Shown here piece by piece: positions 1 through 12,900 of a stretch of DNA of 64,000 bases. Location of the stretch: assembly GCA_028826165.1 (NCBI GenBank), contig JAPDFW010000121.1:1-64000 (forward strand). Reading direction: 5' to 3'. Numbering within the stretch: the stretch's first letter is position 1; every line of letters begins with the position of its first letter. The translations under genes and the position numbers were made by a program. Source of the stretch: Anaeramoeba ignava BMAN (taxonomy: Eukaryota > Protista > Anaeramoebae). The notes under the pieces were generated by a model. The model had not been told where the DNA came from. It was given only the letters and a program-made list of their open reading frames with translations, and ran no database searches.

Positions 1-850
1 TAAATATAAAAATGGGAATAAATTTAATTTAATATTTAATTTATAAATTAATTTAAAAATATAATTTAATATTTAATTTTATTATTAAAATAATAATTTA
101 TTGTTTTAGATTTAAATATTTTATTATTTAAATATTTAACATATAAATATAAAAATGAAAATAGGTTTAATTTAATATTTAATTTATAAATTAATTTAAA
201 AATATAATTTAATATTTAATTTTATTATTAAAATATTATTTTAATGTTTTAAATTTAAATATTTTATTATTTAAATATTTAACATATAAATATAAAAATA
301 AGAATAGATTTAATTTAATATTTAATTAATAAATTAATTTAAAAATATAATTTAATATTTAATTCTATTATTAAAAATAATAATTTAATGTTTTAGATTT
401 AAATATTTTATTATTTAAATATTTAACATATAAATATAAAAATAAGAATAGATTTAATTTAATATTTAATTATAAATTAATTTAAAAATATAATTTAATA
501 TTTAATTTTATGTTTAAAATAATAATTTATTGTTTTAGATTTAAATATTTTATTATTTAAATATTTAACATATAAATATAAAAATAAGAATAGATTTAAT
601 TTAATATTTAATTTATAAATTAATTTAAAAATATAATTTAGTATTTAATTTTATGTTTGAAATAATAATTTATTGTTTTAGATTTAAATATTTTATTATT
701 TAAAATATTTAACATATAAATATAAAAAATAAGAATAGATTTAATTTAATATTTAATTTATAAATTAATTTAAAAATATAATTTAATATTTAATTTTATG
801 TTTAAAATAATAATTTATTGTTTTAGATTTAAATATTTTATTATTTAAAA
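1..850. repeat. AT-rich tandem repeat, unit ~143 bp, ~6 copies (may extend left of the window)
   Basis: Unit start TAAATATAAAAAT..AATAG/AATAA recurs at ~1, 144, 287, 431, 573 and 716, each with internal TGTTTTAG/AATTTAAATATTTTATTATTTAAA. Confidence 0.9.
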
Positions 851-1261
851 ATATTTTGAAAATTGATTTTTGAAATTAAAATTTTATCTTTTTTTTGAAT
901 TAAATTGAATTAATATTAATTTGAAAATTTGTTTTAAAATTTAAATTTATTAATAATTTTTAAATTCAAAAAAAAAATTAAATTAAAAATTAAATTAAAA
1001 TAATTTTCCTTTTTTTTTAATAATAAAAATTAATAAAAATAATAATAATTTATTAATAAATTAATTTAAAATAATAAATTAAAAAGAAAATTAAATTAAT
1101 TATTAATTTAAATTTATTCTTATTTTTTATATTTTTATTTATTTTCAAAATCCACTTTTTTTATTCATTTTTTTTTATTTAAATTTTTTTTTTTCATTTT
1201 TTTCCTTTTTTTTAAACAAAAAAACAAAAACAAAAAACAAAAACAAAACACAAAAAACAAA

Positions 1262-3046
1262 ATGGATAATAATAATAATAACCAAATTGAAAATGCAAAT
1301 CAAAATCAAAACCAAATTGAAAATGAAAATGAAATGAAAAATTTAGAAAAAAAAGTAACAAAAAATTTAATTAAAAATTATTCAAACCTTTTAAATGGAA
1401 ATTCATTTAAAGATTTTTCAATTTTTGTTGAGAATAAATCAAATCCTTTTGAAATTAAAGTTCATAAATCAATTTTATCTTCAAGATCTCCTTTTTTTAA
1501 TGAATCATTAAGGCAAGAATCTCTTTCTATTTCTTTAAATCAATTTAATAAAAAAGAAATGGAATCAATTTTGAGTTATATTTATTATGGGAATATTTCT
1601 TTTGAGAATCAAGAAAATCTTATTCAATTAATGGAAATTTCAATTTATTTTAAATTAAATTTATTGAAAGAAATTATTCAAAAAAAAATTTTAAATTCAA
1701 TTAATTATTCAAATTTTTTCCAATTTTTATTCCAAAATCGAAATTTAAATTCAAATGAAATTGAAATAAAATGTTTTGAATTAATAAATCAAAATTTTTC
1801 CCAAATTCAAAATAATGAAAATTTATTCAATTTAACTAAAGAAGAAATTATCAAATTTATTCAATTTAAACAAGAAAAAAAAGAAATTTTTCAATTTGAT
1901 TTTTTTCAATTTTTAAATAATTGGATTGAAAAAAGAGTTAATTCATTAAGATTAAGGAAATATAAACACAAAATGAATGCAAAGAAAAGATTATTTCATT
2001 CTTTTTTTTCATTATTTGATAAAGATTCAATTTCAAAACAAGATTTTGATAAATTAAAACAATTTGAGTTTTTTCTTCCAAATTCTTTTTTAATTCATTT
2101 TGAAAGAACTATTTTTCAAATTCAAGATCAAGAAAAAGAAACAAAAATCAAAGAGAAAGAAAAGGAGAATGAACAAATGAAAATTGAAATTGAAGAGAAA
2201 TGGAAGAAAGAAGTTGAAAAGAATCAAAAACAAAATCAACAAATGAAAATTGAAAATGAAGAGAAATGGAAGAAAGAAAAAAAAGAAATTGAAGAGAAAT
2301 GGAAGAAAGAAGTTGAAAAGAAAGATAAAGAATTTGAAAAGAAAGATAAAATTCTCAAACAAAAAGATGAAGAAATCCAAAATCTTAAATTATTAATTGA
2401 AAAAGAAAACCAAAATCAAAATCAAAAAGAAGAATCAAATCAAAATGACGAAGATGAAGATGAATATGAAAAGAAAATGCAAGAATTAAGAAAGAATTTT
2501 CCTCAATTTTCAGATTCAGAAATTATTAAAGATATTGAATATGTTAAGAAATTACAAGAATGGATAAATGATAATGGTTTTTTTTCTAAAATGAAAAAAG
2601 GATTTTCAGCAAAAAGAGATGGATTTTCTGGTAAAAATTGGCATAAAGCAGTTGATGGGAAAGGAAAAACATTAGTTATTATCAAAACAAAAGATAATTT
2701 TATTTTTGGAGGTTTTACTCAAGTTGGATTTAATGGAGATGTCAGATACATTAGAGACTCAAATGCATTTATTTTTTCATTAAGAAATGATAAAGGGGAT
2801 AGAATACCTGCAAAATTTACAATTAAAGAACCTCAACTTGCAATTTATTCTTATTCAATTTATGGTCCAATGTTTGGTGGAAGTGATTTTAATTTAAATT
2901 CTAATTTACAAGGTGGTTATTCAAATTTTGGTTATAATTATAATATACCTAATGGAATTACACAAGGAACAAATGAAGCTAAAAGTTATTTAGCTGGTTC
3001 TCGTGATAAATGGGTTGTTGATGAAGTTGAAACTTATTTCATTTAA
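1262..3046 (+). CDS. BTB/POZ - BACK-like - coiled-coil - TLDc domain protein, intronless, 594 aa
   Basis: BTB motif DFSIFV...KVHKSILSSRSPFF...ILSYIYYG; central E/K coiled coil; C-terminal TLDc motifs FSAKRDGF, TLVIIKTKDNFIFGGFT, AFIFSL, GPMFGG, VDEVETY. Confidence 0.9.
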   Translation: MDNNNNNQIENANQNQNQIENENEMKNLEKKVTKNLIKNYSNLLNGNSFKDFSIFVENKSNPFEIKVHKSILSSRSPFFNESLRQESLSISLNQFNKKEMESILSYIYYGNISFENQENLIQLMEISIYFKLNLLKEIIQKKILNSINYSNFFQFLFQNRNLNSNEIEIKCFELINQNFSQIQNNENLFNLTKEEIIKFIQFKQEKKEIFQFDFFQFLNNWIEKRVNSLRLRKYKHKMNAKKRLFHSFFSLFDKDSISKQDFDKLKQFEFFLPNSFLIHFERTIFQIQDQEKETKIKEKEKENEQMKIEIEEKWKKEVEKNQKQNQQMKIENEEKWKKEKKEIEEKWKKEVEKKDKEFEKKDKILKQKDEEIQNLKLLIEKENQNQNQKEESNQNDEDEDEYEKKMQELRKNFPQFSDSEIIKDIEYVKKLQEWINDNGFFSKMKKGFSAKRDGFSGKNWHKAVDGKGKTLVIIKTKDNFIFGGFTQVGFNGDVRYIRDSNAFIFSLRNDKGDRIPAKFTIKEPQLAIYSYSIYGPMFGGSDFNLNSNLQGGYSNFGYNYNIPNGITQGTNEAKSYLAGSRDKWVVDEVETYFI

Positions 3047-3519
3047 AAATTAATTAATAATAAGAAAATCAAACTTTTTTTTTTTATTTTTTTTTTTCAA
3101 AATTTAATTCAATTTTAATTTACTTTTAATCAAATTAATTTCTTTAAATTAATAAATAAAAAACAAATTTAATTTTAAATAATTTAATTTTAATTTAAAA
3201 TATTTATTAAAAATTTAATTAATAAAAAATAATCCAAAAAAAAAAATAATAAATTTTAAAAAATTGAATATTTTTAATATAATAAATAAAAATAAAAATT
3301 GAAAATAGAAATTAATAATAATTAAATTTAAATTCATTAATTAAAATATTAAAATAAAAAAATCAAATAAAATTTATTATTAATTAATATTTAAATATTA
3401 ATAAATTATAATCAAAATCAAAAAAATAGAATAATTAGTAAATTATTTTTTTAGAAAGTTTATCTTATTCAATCATGTTAAATTCAATTTATTTAAAATT
3501 TTTAATTTTTAATTTTATT

Positions 3520-4313
3520 TTTAATATATTTTATTATAATTAAAATTGGAATAATAAATAATTAAAAATATTAATATAATAAATAAAAATATTATATTAA
3601 ATTAAAATAAAATCAATTTAAATTAAATTATTATTAAATATTATTAAAATTAAATATTTATCTTTATTAAAATATTTATTCCACTTTTTAATATATTTTA
3701 TTATAATTAAAATTAAAATAATAAATAATTAAAAATATTAATATAATAAATAAAAATATTATATTATATTGAATTAAAATAAATTTAAATTAAATTATTA
3801 TTAAATATTATTAAAATTAAATATTTATCTTTATTAAAATATTTATTCCACTTTTTAATATATTTTATTATAATTAAAATTGGAATAATAAATAATCCAA
3901 ATTATTAATATAATAAATAAAAATATTATTTTATATTGAATTAAAATAAATTTAAATTAAATTATTATTAAATATTATTAAAATTAATTATTTATCTTTA
4001 TTAAACTATTTCAATTTTTTTCTTCTAAATTTTATTAAATTATTGGGAATAATTTTATATTATTTTAAATAAAGAAATATTGACAAAATATATAAAATAT
4101 AATTAATTCTAAATTTAATTATTTAATATTCTTTATTCCATTTTTGAAATAAATTAATTAAAATATTTCAATTTTCTTTTCAAATTTATTAAATTATTGA
4201 GAATAATTTTATATTATTTTAAATAAATAAATATTAATAAAATATATAAAATATAATTAATTTTAAATTTAATTATTTAATATTCTTTATTCCATTTTTG
4301 AAATAAATTAATA
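3520..4313. repeat. Two adjacent tandem duplications: ~167 bp x3 (3520-4010) and ~154 bp x2 (4031-4313)
   Basis: TTAATATATTTTATTATAATTAAAATT starts at ~3521, 3688 and 3856; TTTATTAAATTATTG..AATAATTTTATATTATTTTAAATAAA starts at ~4031 and 4185. Confidence 0.8.
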
Positions 4314-4314
4314 A

Positions 4315-4677
4315 AAAGATTTTATAATTGAAAGAAAAGAAAAACAATATAAATTTCCTAAATTAATATTAATAATGAGAAGTGAATTATATCGAGGAAT
4401 GTTTTTATCTGTAACAGAAGATACTTCGAATAAAGTTACAGATTATAGTGAATTAAGTAATAAATCATTTGAAATATTTGAATATTGGATTTATTCAAAT
4501 CAAATTAAAGATGAAATTCAAATTACACAAGAAATAATTAATGAAATTCAAATTGGAATTGATTATTTTCAATTAAATCAAACAAATCCAAATTTATTTG
4601 ATTTATTAATTAACAAATTTAATAATCAAAATCAAAATCAAAAATTAAAAAACATTTTTTTGGTTTTTGATCTTTGA
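4315..4677 (+). pseudogene. 5'-truncated BTB-domain gene fragment
   Basis: The frame opens right after TAA at 4312-4314 as KDFIIERKEKQYKFPKLILIMRSELYRGMF...FEYWIYS, a full BTB fold pattern whose first strands lie upstream of the only ATG. There is no upstream start or AG acceptor, and the fragment abuts the 154-bp repeat. Confidence 0.6.
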
Positions 4678-4892
4678 AGTTTTATTATGAAAAAAAAAGA
4701 ATTTGGAATGAATTTTCTCACTTCATTAATCAAAAATTCAAATCATTTCATTTCATCAAGAAATAAAAAGGAAAAGAAAAAAAATTTTTTTAACTTTTTC
4801 CAAATAAAAGAAAGAAAGAAAGAAAGAATAAAAAAAAAAGGAAAAAGAAAAAAAAAATTTTTTGGAAAGAAAGAAAGAAACATAATAAGAAC

Positions 4893-6073
4893 TTAACATA
4901 AAGATTCGAAAACTGGAAGTCTTTTTTGTTTGGGTTTAGGTTGTGCATTGGGATTAAATAATTCAAAAACATTTGAATTATAATTTGCTTGAATTCTGTG
5001 ATGCAAAAATCTACATCTTTTACCATAAGAACAAAATCCATTTGTATGAAATGATTGGCAAATTTGTGTTTTGTATTTTGGATGTCTTGGTACAAATCTA
5101 GTTTAAATATTAAATATTAAATATGTGGATTTTTTTGTAAATTTCATGTAATTAATAATTTTTATTAGAATTTTTTGTAAATTTCATGTAATTAATTATT
5201 TTTTTTTGGAAAGTTGATTAAGTAAATATTAAATATTAAATATGTGGATTTTTTTGTAAATTTCATGTAATTAATAATTTTTATTAGAATTTTTTGTAAA
5301 TTTCTTGTAATTAATTATTTTTTTTTGGAAAGTTGATTAAGTAAATATTAAATATTAAATTTAAAATCCAAATCAGCAACTTAAAAATATAATAATAGTA
5401 TTAATAATTATTAATAATATATTTTTTAGTAAATAAAATTTAAATAGATCAAAAATTATCTTAAACAAAAAAAAAATATTTTTTTTTTAAATAAAAATGA
5501 TCTGATCGAAAAAAATAAAAAATAAACAAAAAAGCGAAAAATTTAAATAAAAAAATTAAAATTAAAATTAAAAATAAAATATATAAATGACAACAAAGCA
5601 AAATCAAAATTAATAATAAAAAGAAATAAAAACCAAATAGCAAAATCAAATATAAATTACCTTAATTCAGAATAACCATGAGCAAATTGACACTTTTGAC
5701 CATATTTACAAAAACCATTTTCTTCCCAAGATTTACAAAGTTCAGTTTTATAAAGTGGAGATTTTTGCTTTGGAGGTTTTTTTGATTTTTGGGATTTGCT
5801 TCTATGAATTTTAGACGGAGAATTAGATACTTTCAATTGATCGTGAGAATGATTTTCTTGTTTAGATTGAATTGAAGGATTATCAATCATTTTAAATACT
5901 TCAGATGTTGAATTATTATAATGAATTTGATTCAAAGCTTCAGCAATTCCTGTTTTTCTTTTGATTGTTTGTTCTTGTTTTTTGAATTGTTGATTTGATT
6001 TTTGATTTTTCAAAAAATAATGATTTCCAAATAAAAATTTAGTTGTTTGATTTATTTGTAAATTTTGGGTCAT
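4893..6073 (-). CDS. Tristetraprolin/ZFP36/Cth1-family tandem CCCH zinc-finger mRNA-decay protein, ~205 aa; exons 6073-5661 and 5097-4893
   Basis: Finger 1 [26 protein letters not shown]. Across a GT-AG intron (5660-5098): [35 protein letters not shown]. The C-terminus [10 protein letters not shown] matches the TTP NOT1-binding RLP(I/V)F motif. Confidence 0.93.
5105..5341. repeat. ~118 bp direct duplication inside the CCCH gene intron
   Basis: TAAATATTAAATATTAAATATGTGGATTTTTT...GGAAAGTTGATTAAG occurs twice head-to-tail (5105-5222, 5223-5341). Confidence 0.85.
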
Positions 6074-6913
6074 TAAATTAAGTTAAAAAAAAAAATAATT
6101 TATAATAAATTTTTGATAATTTTAATTTTTGTAATTAATTATTTTTTTAGTTATTTTTGTGTAAAAAAATGAAGTGAGAAATGATCTTTTTTTTTTTTTT
6201 AATTTTTTTTCCTTTTCTTTTAAACTTCAATTTTTAAAAAAGAAATTTAAATTAAAATATTTATTTTTTAATTCGTGGCGAATCGATCATAAAAAAAATT
6301 CAATTTGATTGTTATTGAACATAATTTAGGATCATTTTTACTTTTTCCGATTTTTTTTTTTGCTTTTTTTTTAATTTAAATTTTGTTTTAATTTTTATTT
6401 CCTTTTTTTTTTAATTAATAATTATCAATTTTGTTTTATTAATTTGATTTAAAATTCCAAATTATTTTTAATTTTATTATCTAATCTAATATAAAATTAA
6501 TTTAAACAAAGAAAGCAATAAAATCGGAAGAAAAGCAAAAAAAAATTTTTAATTTAATCTTTAATTAAAATTATAAATCAATTTCTAAATAAAATTATAA
6601 ATCAATTTCTAAATCAAATTATAAATAAAATTATAAATTAAATTATAAATAAAATTATAAATAAAATTATAAATTAAATTATAAATAAAATTATAAATTA
6701 AATTATAAATAAAATTATAAATAAAATTATAAATTAAATTATAAATAAAATTATAAATAAAATTATAAATCAATTTCTAAATCAATTTCCAAATAAATTT
6801 CCAAATAAAATTAAATTGGAAAAAAAAGGAGAATTTCGTAAAATTGATTTTTTTTTTCATTTTTTTTTCATTTTTTTATTCTTTTTTTCATTTAATTTCT
6901 TCTTTTTTTTTTA

Positions 6914-9900
6914 ATGGGAAATTCTTCTAAAACTCAATTAACTGAATCCGAAAGTGATTCATTAAAAATATTAAATGCAGCAAATAAAGGTAAATCCAAA
7001 AAGAAAAAGCAAAAAAAATTTTTTCAATCAAAAAAAAAAACCAAAATAAAATTACACTGACTAATAAATTAAATTATAAATTAAATTATAAAATAAATTA
7101 TAAATTAAATTATAAATTAATTATAAATTAAATTATAAATTAAATTATAAATTAAATAATAAATAAAATTATAAATTAAATTATAAATAAAATTGTAAAT
7201 TAAATTATAAATTAAATTATAAATTAAATTATAAATAAAATTATAAATAAAAATATAAATTAAAAATATAAATAAAAATATAAATAAAATAATAAATAAA
7301 ATTATAAATTAAATTATAAATAAAATTATAAATTAAATTATAAATTAAATTATAAATTAAATATTAAATAATAAATAAAATTATAAATAAAAATATATTT
7401 TAAATTAAATTATAAATTAAATTATAAATTAAATTTATAAAACTAAATTTATAAATAAAAAAAAAATAAAAATAAAAAATATAAATAAAAATATAAATAA
7501 AAATTATAAATTAAAAATTATAAATTAAATTATAAATAAAATTAAAAATAAAAATATAAATTAAAAATATAAATAAAATATAAATAAAAATAAATTAAAA
7601 TATAAATAAAAATATAAATAAAATTATAAATAAAATTATAAATAAAATTATAAATAAAATTATAAATTAAATTATAAATTAAATTATAAATTAAATTATA
7701 AATAAAATTATAAATAAAATAATAAATAAAATTATAAATAAAATTATAAATAAAAATTATAAATAAAAATTATAAATAAAATAAATAAAATTATAAATAA
7801 AATTATAAATTAAATTATAAATAAAATTATAAATAAAATTATAAATTAAATTATAAATAAAATTATAAATTAAAATTATAAATAAAATTATAAATAAAAT
7901 TATAAATTAAATTATAAATAAAATTATAAATTAAAATTATAAATTAAATTATAAATAAAAATATAAATAAAAATATAAATATAAATAAAATTATAAATAA
8001 AATTATAAATTAAATTATAAATAAAATTATAAATTAAATTATAAATTAAAATTATAAATAAAATTATAAATAAAATTATAAATAAAATTATAAATAAAAT
8101 TATAAATTAAATTAAATTATAAATAAAATTATAAATAAAATTATAAATTAAAATTATAAATTAAAATTATAAATAAAATTATAAATAAAATTATAAATAA
8201 AATTATAAATTAAATTATAAATAAAATTATAAATAAAATTATAAATTAAATTATAAATTAAATTATAAATAAAATTATAAATAAAAATTATAAATAAAAT
8301 TATAAATAAAATTATAAATAAAATTATAAATAAAATTATAAATAAAATTATAAATAAAATAATAAATAAAATTATAAATAAAAATTATAAATAAAATTAT
8401 AAATAAAAATAAACAAAATTATAAATAAAATAAAAACAAATTATAAATAAAATTATAAATAAAATTATAAATAAAATTATAAATAAAATAATAAATAAAA
8501 TTATAAATAAAATTATAAATTAAAATTATAAATAAAATTATAAATAAAATTATAAAATAAAATAATAAATTAAATTATAAATAAAATTATAAATTAAATT
8601 ATAAATAAAATTATAAATAAAATTATAAATAAAATTATAAATTAAATAATAAATTAAATTATAAATTAAATTATAAATAAAATTATAAATTAAATTATAA
8701 ATAAAATAATAAATAAAATTATAAATAAAATTATAAATAAAATTATAAATTAAATTATAAATAAAATTATAAAATTAAATTATAAAATAAAATTGTAAAT
8801 TAAATTATAAAATAAATTATAAATAAAATTATAAAATAAAAATTATAAATAAAATTATAAATTAAATAATAAATTAAATTATAAATAAAATTATAAATAA
8901 AATTATAAATAAAATTATAAATTAAAATTATAAATTAAATTATAAATAAAATTATAAATTAAATTATAAATAAAATTAAATAAAATAATAAATAAAATTA
9001 TAAATTAAATTATAAATAAAATTATAAATAAAATTATAAATTAAATTATAAATTAAATTATAAATAAAATTATAAATAAAATTATAAATTAAATTATAAA
9101 TAAAATTATAAATTAAATTATAAATAAAATTATAAATAAAAATATAAATTAAATAATAAATAAAATTATAAATAAAATTATAAATAAAATTATAGCTTCA
9201 TCAAAGAATTATTCAATTTTAATTCAATCCCTTCATCGAATAGCACATTCTTCACTTATTAATAAAGAAAAAATATGTACTAAAATAATAGTTGAAAATT
9301 GGGGAAACGGTAAAAAAAAGTTTAGTAAGAAAAAAAGAAAGAAATGATTAATTTTTTTGTATTTCAAACAGGATCAACTGAAATACCTGAAGATGTTACT
9401 GAACTCTTCTTTTGCACTGCAATAAAATTATTACAAAGCAATTCTAAAGCAATTCAAGAAAAAATTCTTAGAACTATTAATGCTTTGATTGGATTTAAAA
9501 ATAATGAAAGAATTCATTTATTTTCTAATATTCTTTCTAAAGAAAGTGTTATGCATCCTTTAGATAAATTATCTAAATCAAATTCCCAAAATATTATTAA
9601 TGAAATTGTTCGTTTGCTTTCAAATCTAGCAAATTTTGGTTTGTTTCTTGAAAAAATTATAAATTAAAATTCATTTATAAAATTAAAATTAAAATTAAAA
9701 TTAAAATTAAAATTCATTTATAAAATTAAAATTAAATTAAAAATCAAATTAAAATTAAAATTAAAATTAAAATTCATTTATAAAATTAAATTAAAATTAA
9801 AATTAAAATTAAAATTAAATTAAAATTTAAATTCATTTATTAAATTAAAATTAAATTAAAATTTAAATTCATTTATAAAATTAAAATTCATTTATAAAAT

Positions 9901-12900
9901 TATAATTAAAATTAAAGATGAAAATCATAAAATGATTGCAGAAAATATGACAGAACATTTATGTAGATTTATATCTTTATCTGCACTAAAAATTCAACGC
10001 AATTCTATAATTACTTTATCAAGAATCTGTCAAACACGTAATCAATTTTTAAATATCAATTTTAATATCAATTTAAATAAAATTTTTAATATAAATTTTA
10101 ATATAAATTTTAATATAAAATATAAATTAAAATATAAATTTAATTACTTTTTTTTTAAAATAGAATCTTATTTGCAAGAATTTAGAACAAAAATAATTGA
10201 TAATTTAATTAAATTATTATCTGTTCAAGATTCAACAATTCAATACTATACTTTAATAACAATAGCAAACCTTTCTCAATATAAAGATGTAAATAAATTA
10301 TATCAAATTTAATTTAGAAATCATTTTAAAATCAAAAAAAAAAAAAAAACAAAAAAAAAGATGATTAAAAAAATTTTTAAAAGTAAAAATGCAATTAAAT
10401 TTTTACTTAAACTTGCCAAAGTAAAAACAAATTTATATCGAAATGAAAAGAATCCAAATATTCTTCAAATCTTAATAATTTTGAAAAATATTACAAAAGA
10501 TAAAAGTAATTTTTATTAAAAAAATTAAAAATCGGAAAAAAATTTGAAATGAAATTTTCTTTTTAAAAAAAAAAGATGATGCTCAAAATTTTCTTATTCA
10601 AGAAGGTTTAATTCCAATTTTATCAGATCTTTGTGATTTGCCTCATTTAGAAATAAGAAGAGCTGTTGTTCAAACTTTTGCTTCATTATCCAAAAACAAT
10701 CGTTAATATCTTTTTTTATAAAATATCATTTTCAAAATCAAAATTTAAAAATTATATTGAATTTTTATTCAAAAAAAAAAAAAAAAAAGCTAAAGCAACA
10801 ACAGAAATGGTTAGTCAAAAAATCCTTGATAAATTAATCAAAATTGTTGAAATAACAGATGAAGCAATGATTTCACAAGAGTTTTTAATTACAATTTCAA
10901 TATTTGCAGAACATGGTAGTTTAATATTAATTATAAAATTAAGAATGAATTTAAAAGGGAAAAAAAATTAAAAAAAAAAAAACAAATTTTATTAGAATTT
11001 GTTGCTTATTCTCTTTGTAATCAAAATTTAGTTTCAAAAATCTTGAATATTTTATCTCCTGAAACTTTTGTTCGTGAAACAACAAGTATTAACGTTCCTT
11101 TTAATGTTCAAACCACTTGTTTTTGTGCTTTTATTTCTTTGATTTCTCATCATTCGATTGAATGTCATCGAGAAGATTTAATCAAAAATGATATTGTTAA
11201 AGTTGCTTCTTCCAAATTATTTATTAAAGATCAACAATTATTTGTGATTTGTTTAAAATTTATATCTATTTTTTATTCTTTTCGTATGAAATTTTCAATC
11301 CAAAATTTGAAATTCAATTTTCAAAATTTAATCAAAAAAAAAATATTTTGTTGTTCTTTTTTATTCAGAAAAATATCGTCAAGATTTTGATTCACAACTT
11401 TCTATTATTTTTCCACAAATTAAAGAAAATTTACAAATTAATAATAGAATTTCTATTTATTGGGCGAGTATTTTTCTTTCTTTAGCTGGTGAAAAGAAAG
11501 GTAAAAATAAATAAGAAAATAAATAAGAAAATAAATAAGAAAATAAATAAGAAAATAAATAAGAAAATAAATAAGAAAATAAGAAAATAAATAAGAAAAT
11601 TCATTTTGAAAAAAAAAATTTGTTTGTTTTAGAAAATTTTATTTTGATGATTAACAATAGAATGTTAGATGATTTTATTACTATTTTTCATAAAATCATT
11701 CAATATTCTGAAAATAATGAATCAACAACAAATAATCAAAATCAATTAGAAAATGAAAATCAATTAGAAAATGAAAATCAAATTGAAAATCAAAATCAAA
11801 ATCAAAATCAAAATCAAAATCAATTAGAAATTGAAAATGAAACTGAAAATCAAAAAGAAATTGAAAATAAAAATCAAAATCAAAATGAAAATGAAAATGA
11901 AAATGAAAATAAAAATCAATTAGAAAATCAATTAGAAAATAAAAATGAAAATAAAAATGAAAATGAAAATAAAATTGAAAATCAAATTGAAAATGAAAAT
12001 GAAAATCAAAATGAAAATGAAAATCAAAATCAAAATGAAAATCAAAATGAAAATCAAAATGAAAATCAAAATGAAAATCAAAATCAAATTCAAAATCAAA
12101 TTCAAAATCAAATTCAAAATGAAAATCAAAATCAAAATGAAAATCAATTAGAAAATCAAAATGAAAATCAATTAGAAAATCAAAATGAAAATAAAAATCA
12201 AAATCAAAATGAAAATCAAAATGAAAATAAAAATGAAATTCAAAATGAAAATGAAAATGAAAATGAAAATGAAAATCAATTAGAAAATCAATTAGAAAAT
12301 CAAAATGAAAATCAATTAGAAAATGTAAATGAAAATGAAAATCAATTAGAAAATGTAAATGAAAATAAAAATCAAAATCAATTAGAAAATCAATTAGAAA
12401 ATCAAAATGAAAATCAAAATCAAAATCAAAATCAAAAAGAAAATCAAAATGAAAATCAAAATCAAAATGAAAATCAATTAGAAAATCAAAATGAAAATCA
12501 ATTAGAAAATCAAAATGAAAATAAAAATCAAAATCAAAATGAAAATCAAAATGAAAATAAAAATGAAATTCAAAATGAAAATGAAAATGAAAATGAAAAT
12601 GAAAATCAATTAGAAAATCAATTAGAAAATCAAAATGAAAATCAATTAGAAAATGTAAATGAAAATGAAAATCAAATAGAAAATAAAAATCAAAATGAAA
12701 ATCAAAATAAAAATCAAAATGAAAATGAAAATAAAAATCAAAATGAAAATCAAAATGAAAATCAATTAGAAAATAAAAATGAAAATGAAAATAAAAATCA
12801 AAATCAAAATGAAAATCAAAATGAAAATAAAAATGAAAATAAAAATCAAAATAAAAATAAAAATGAAAACCAAAATCAAAATCAAAATCAAAATCAAAAT

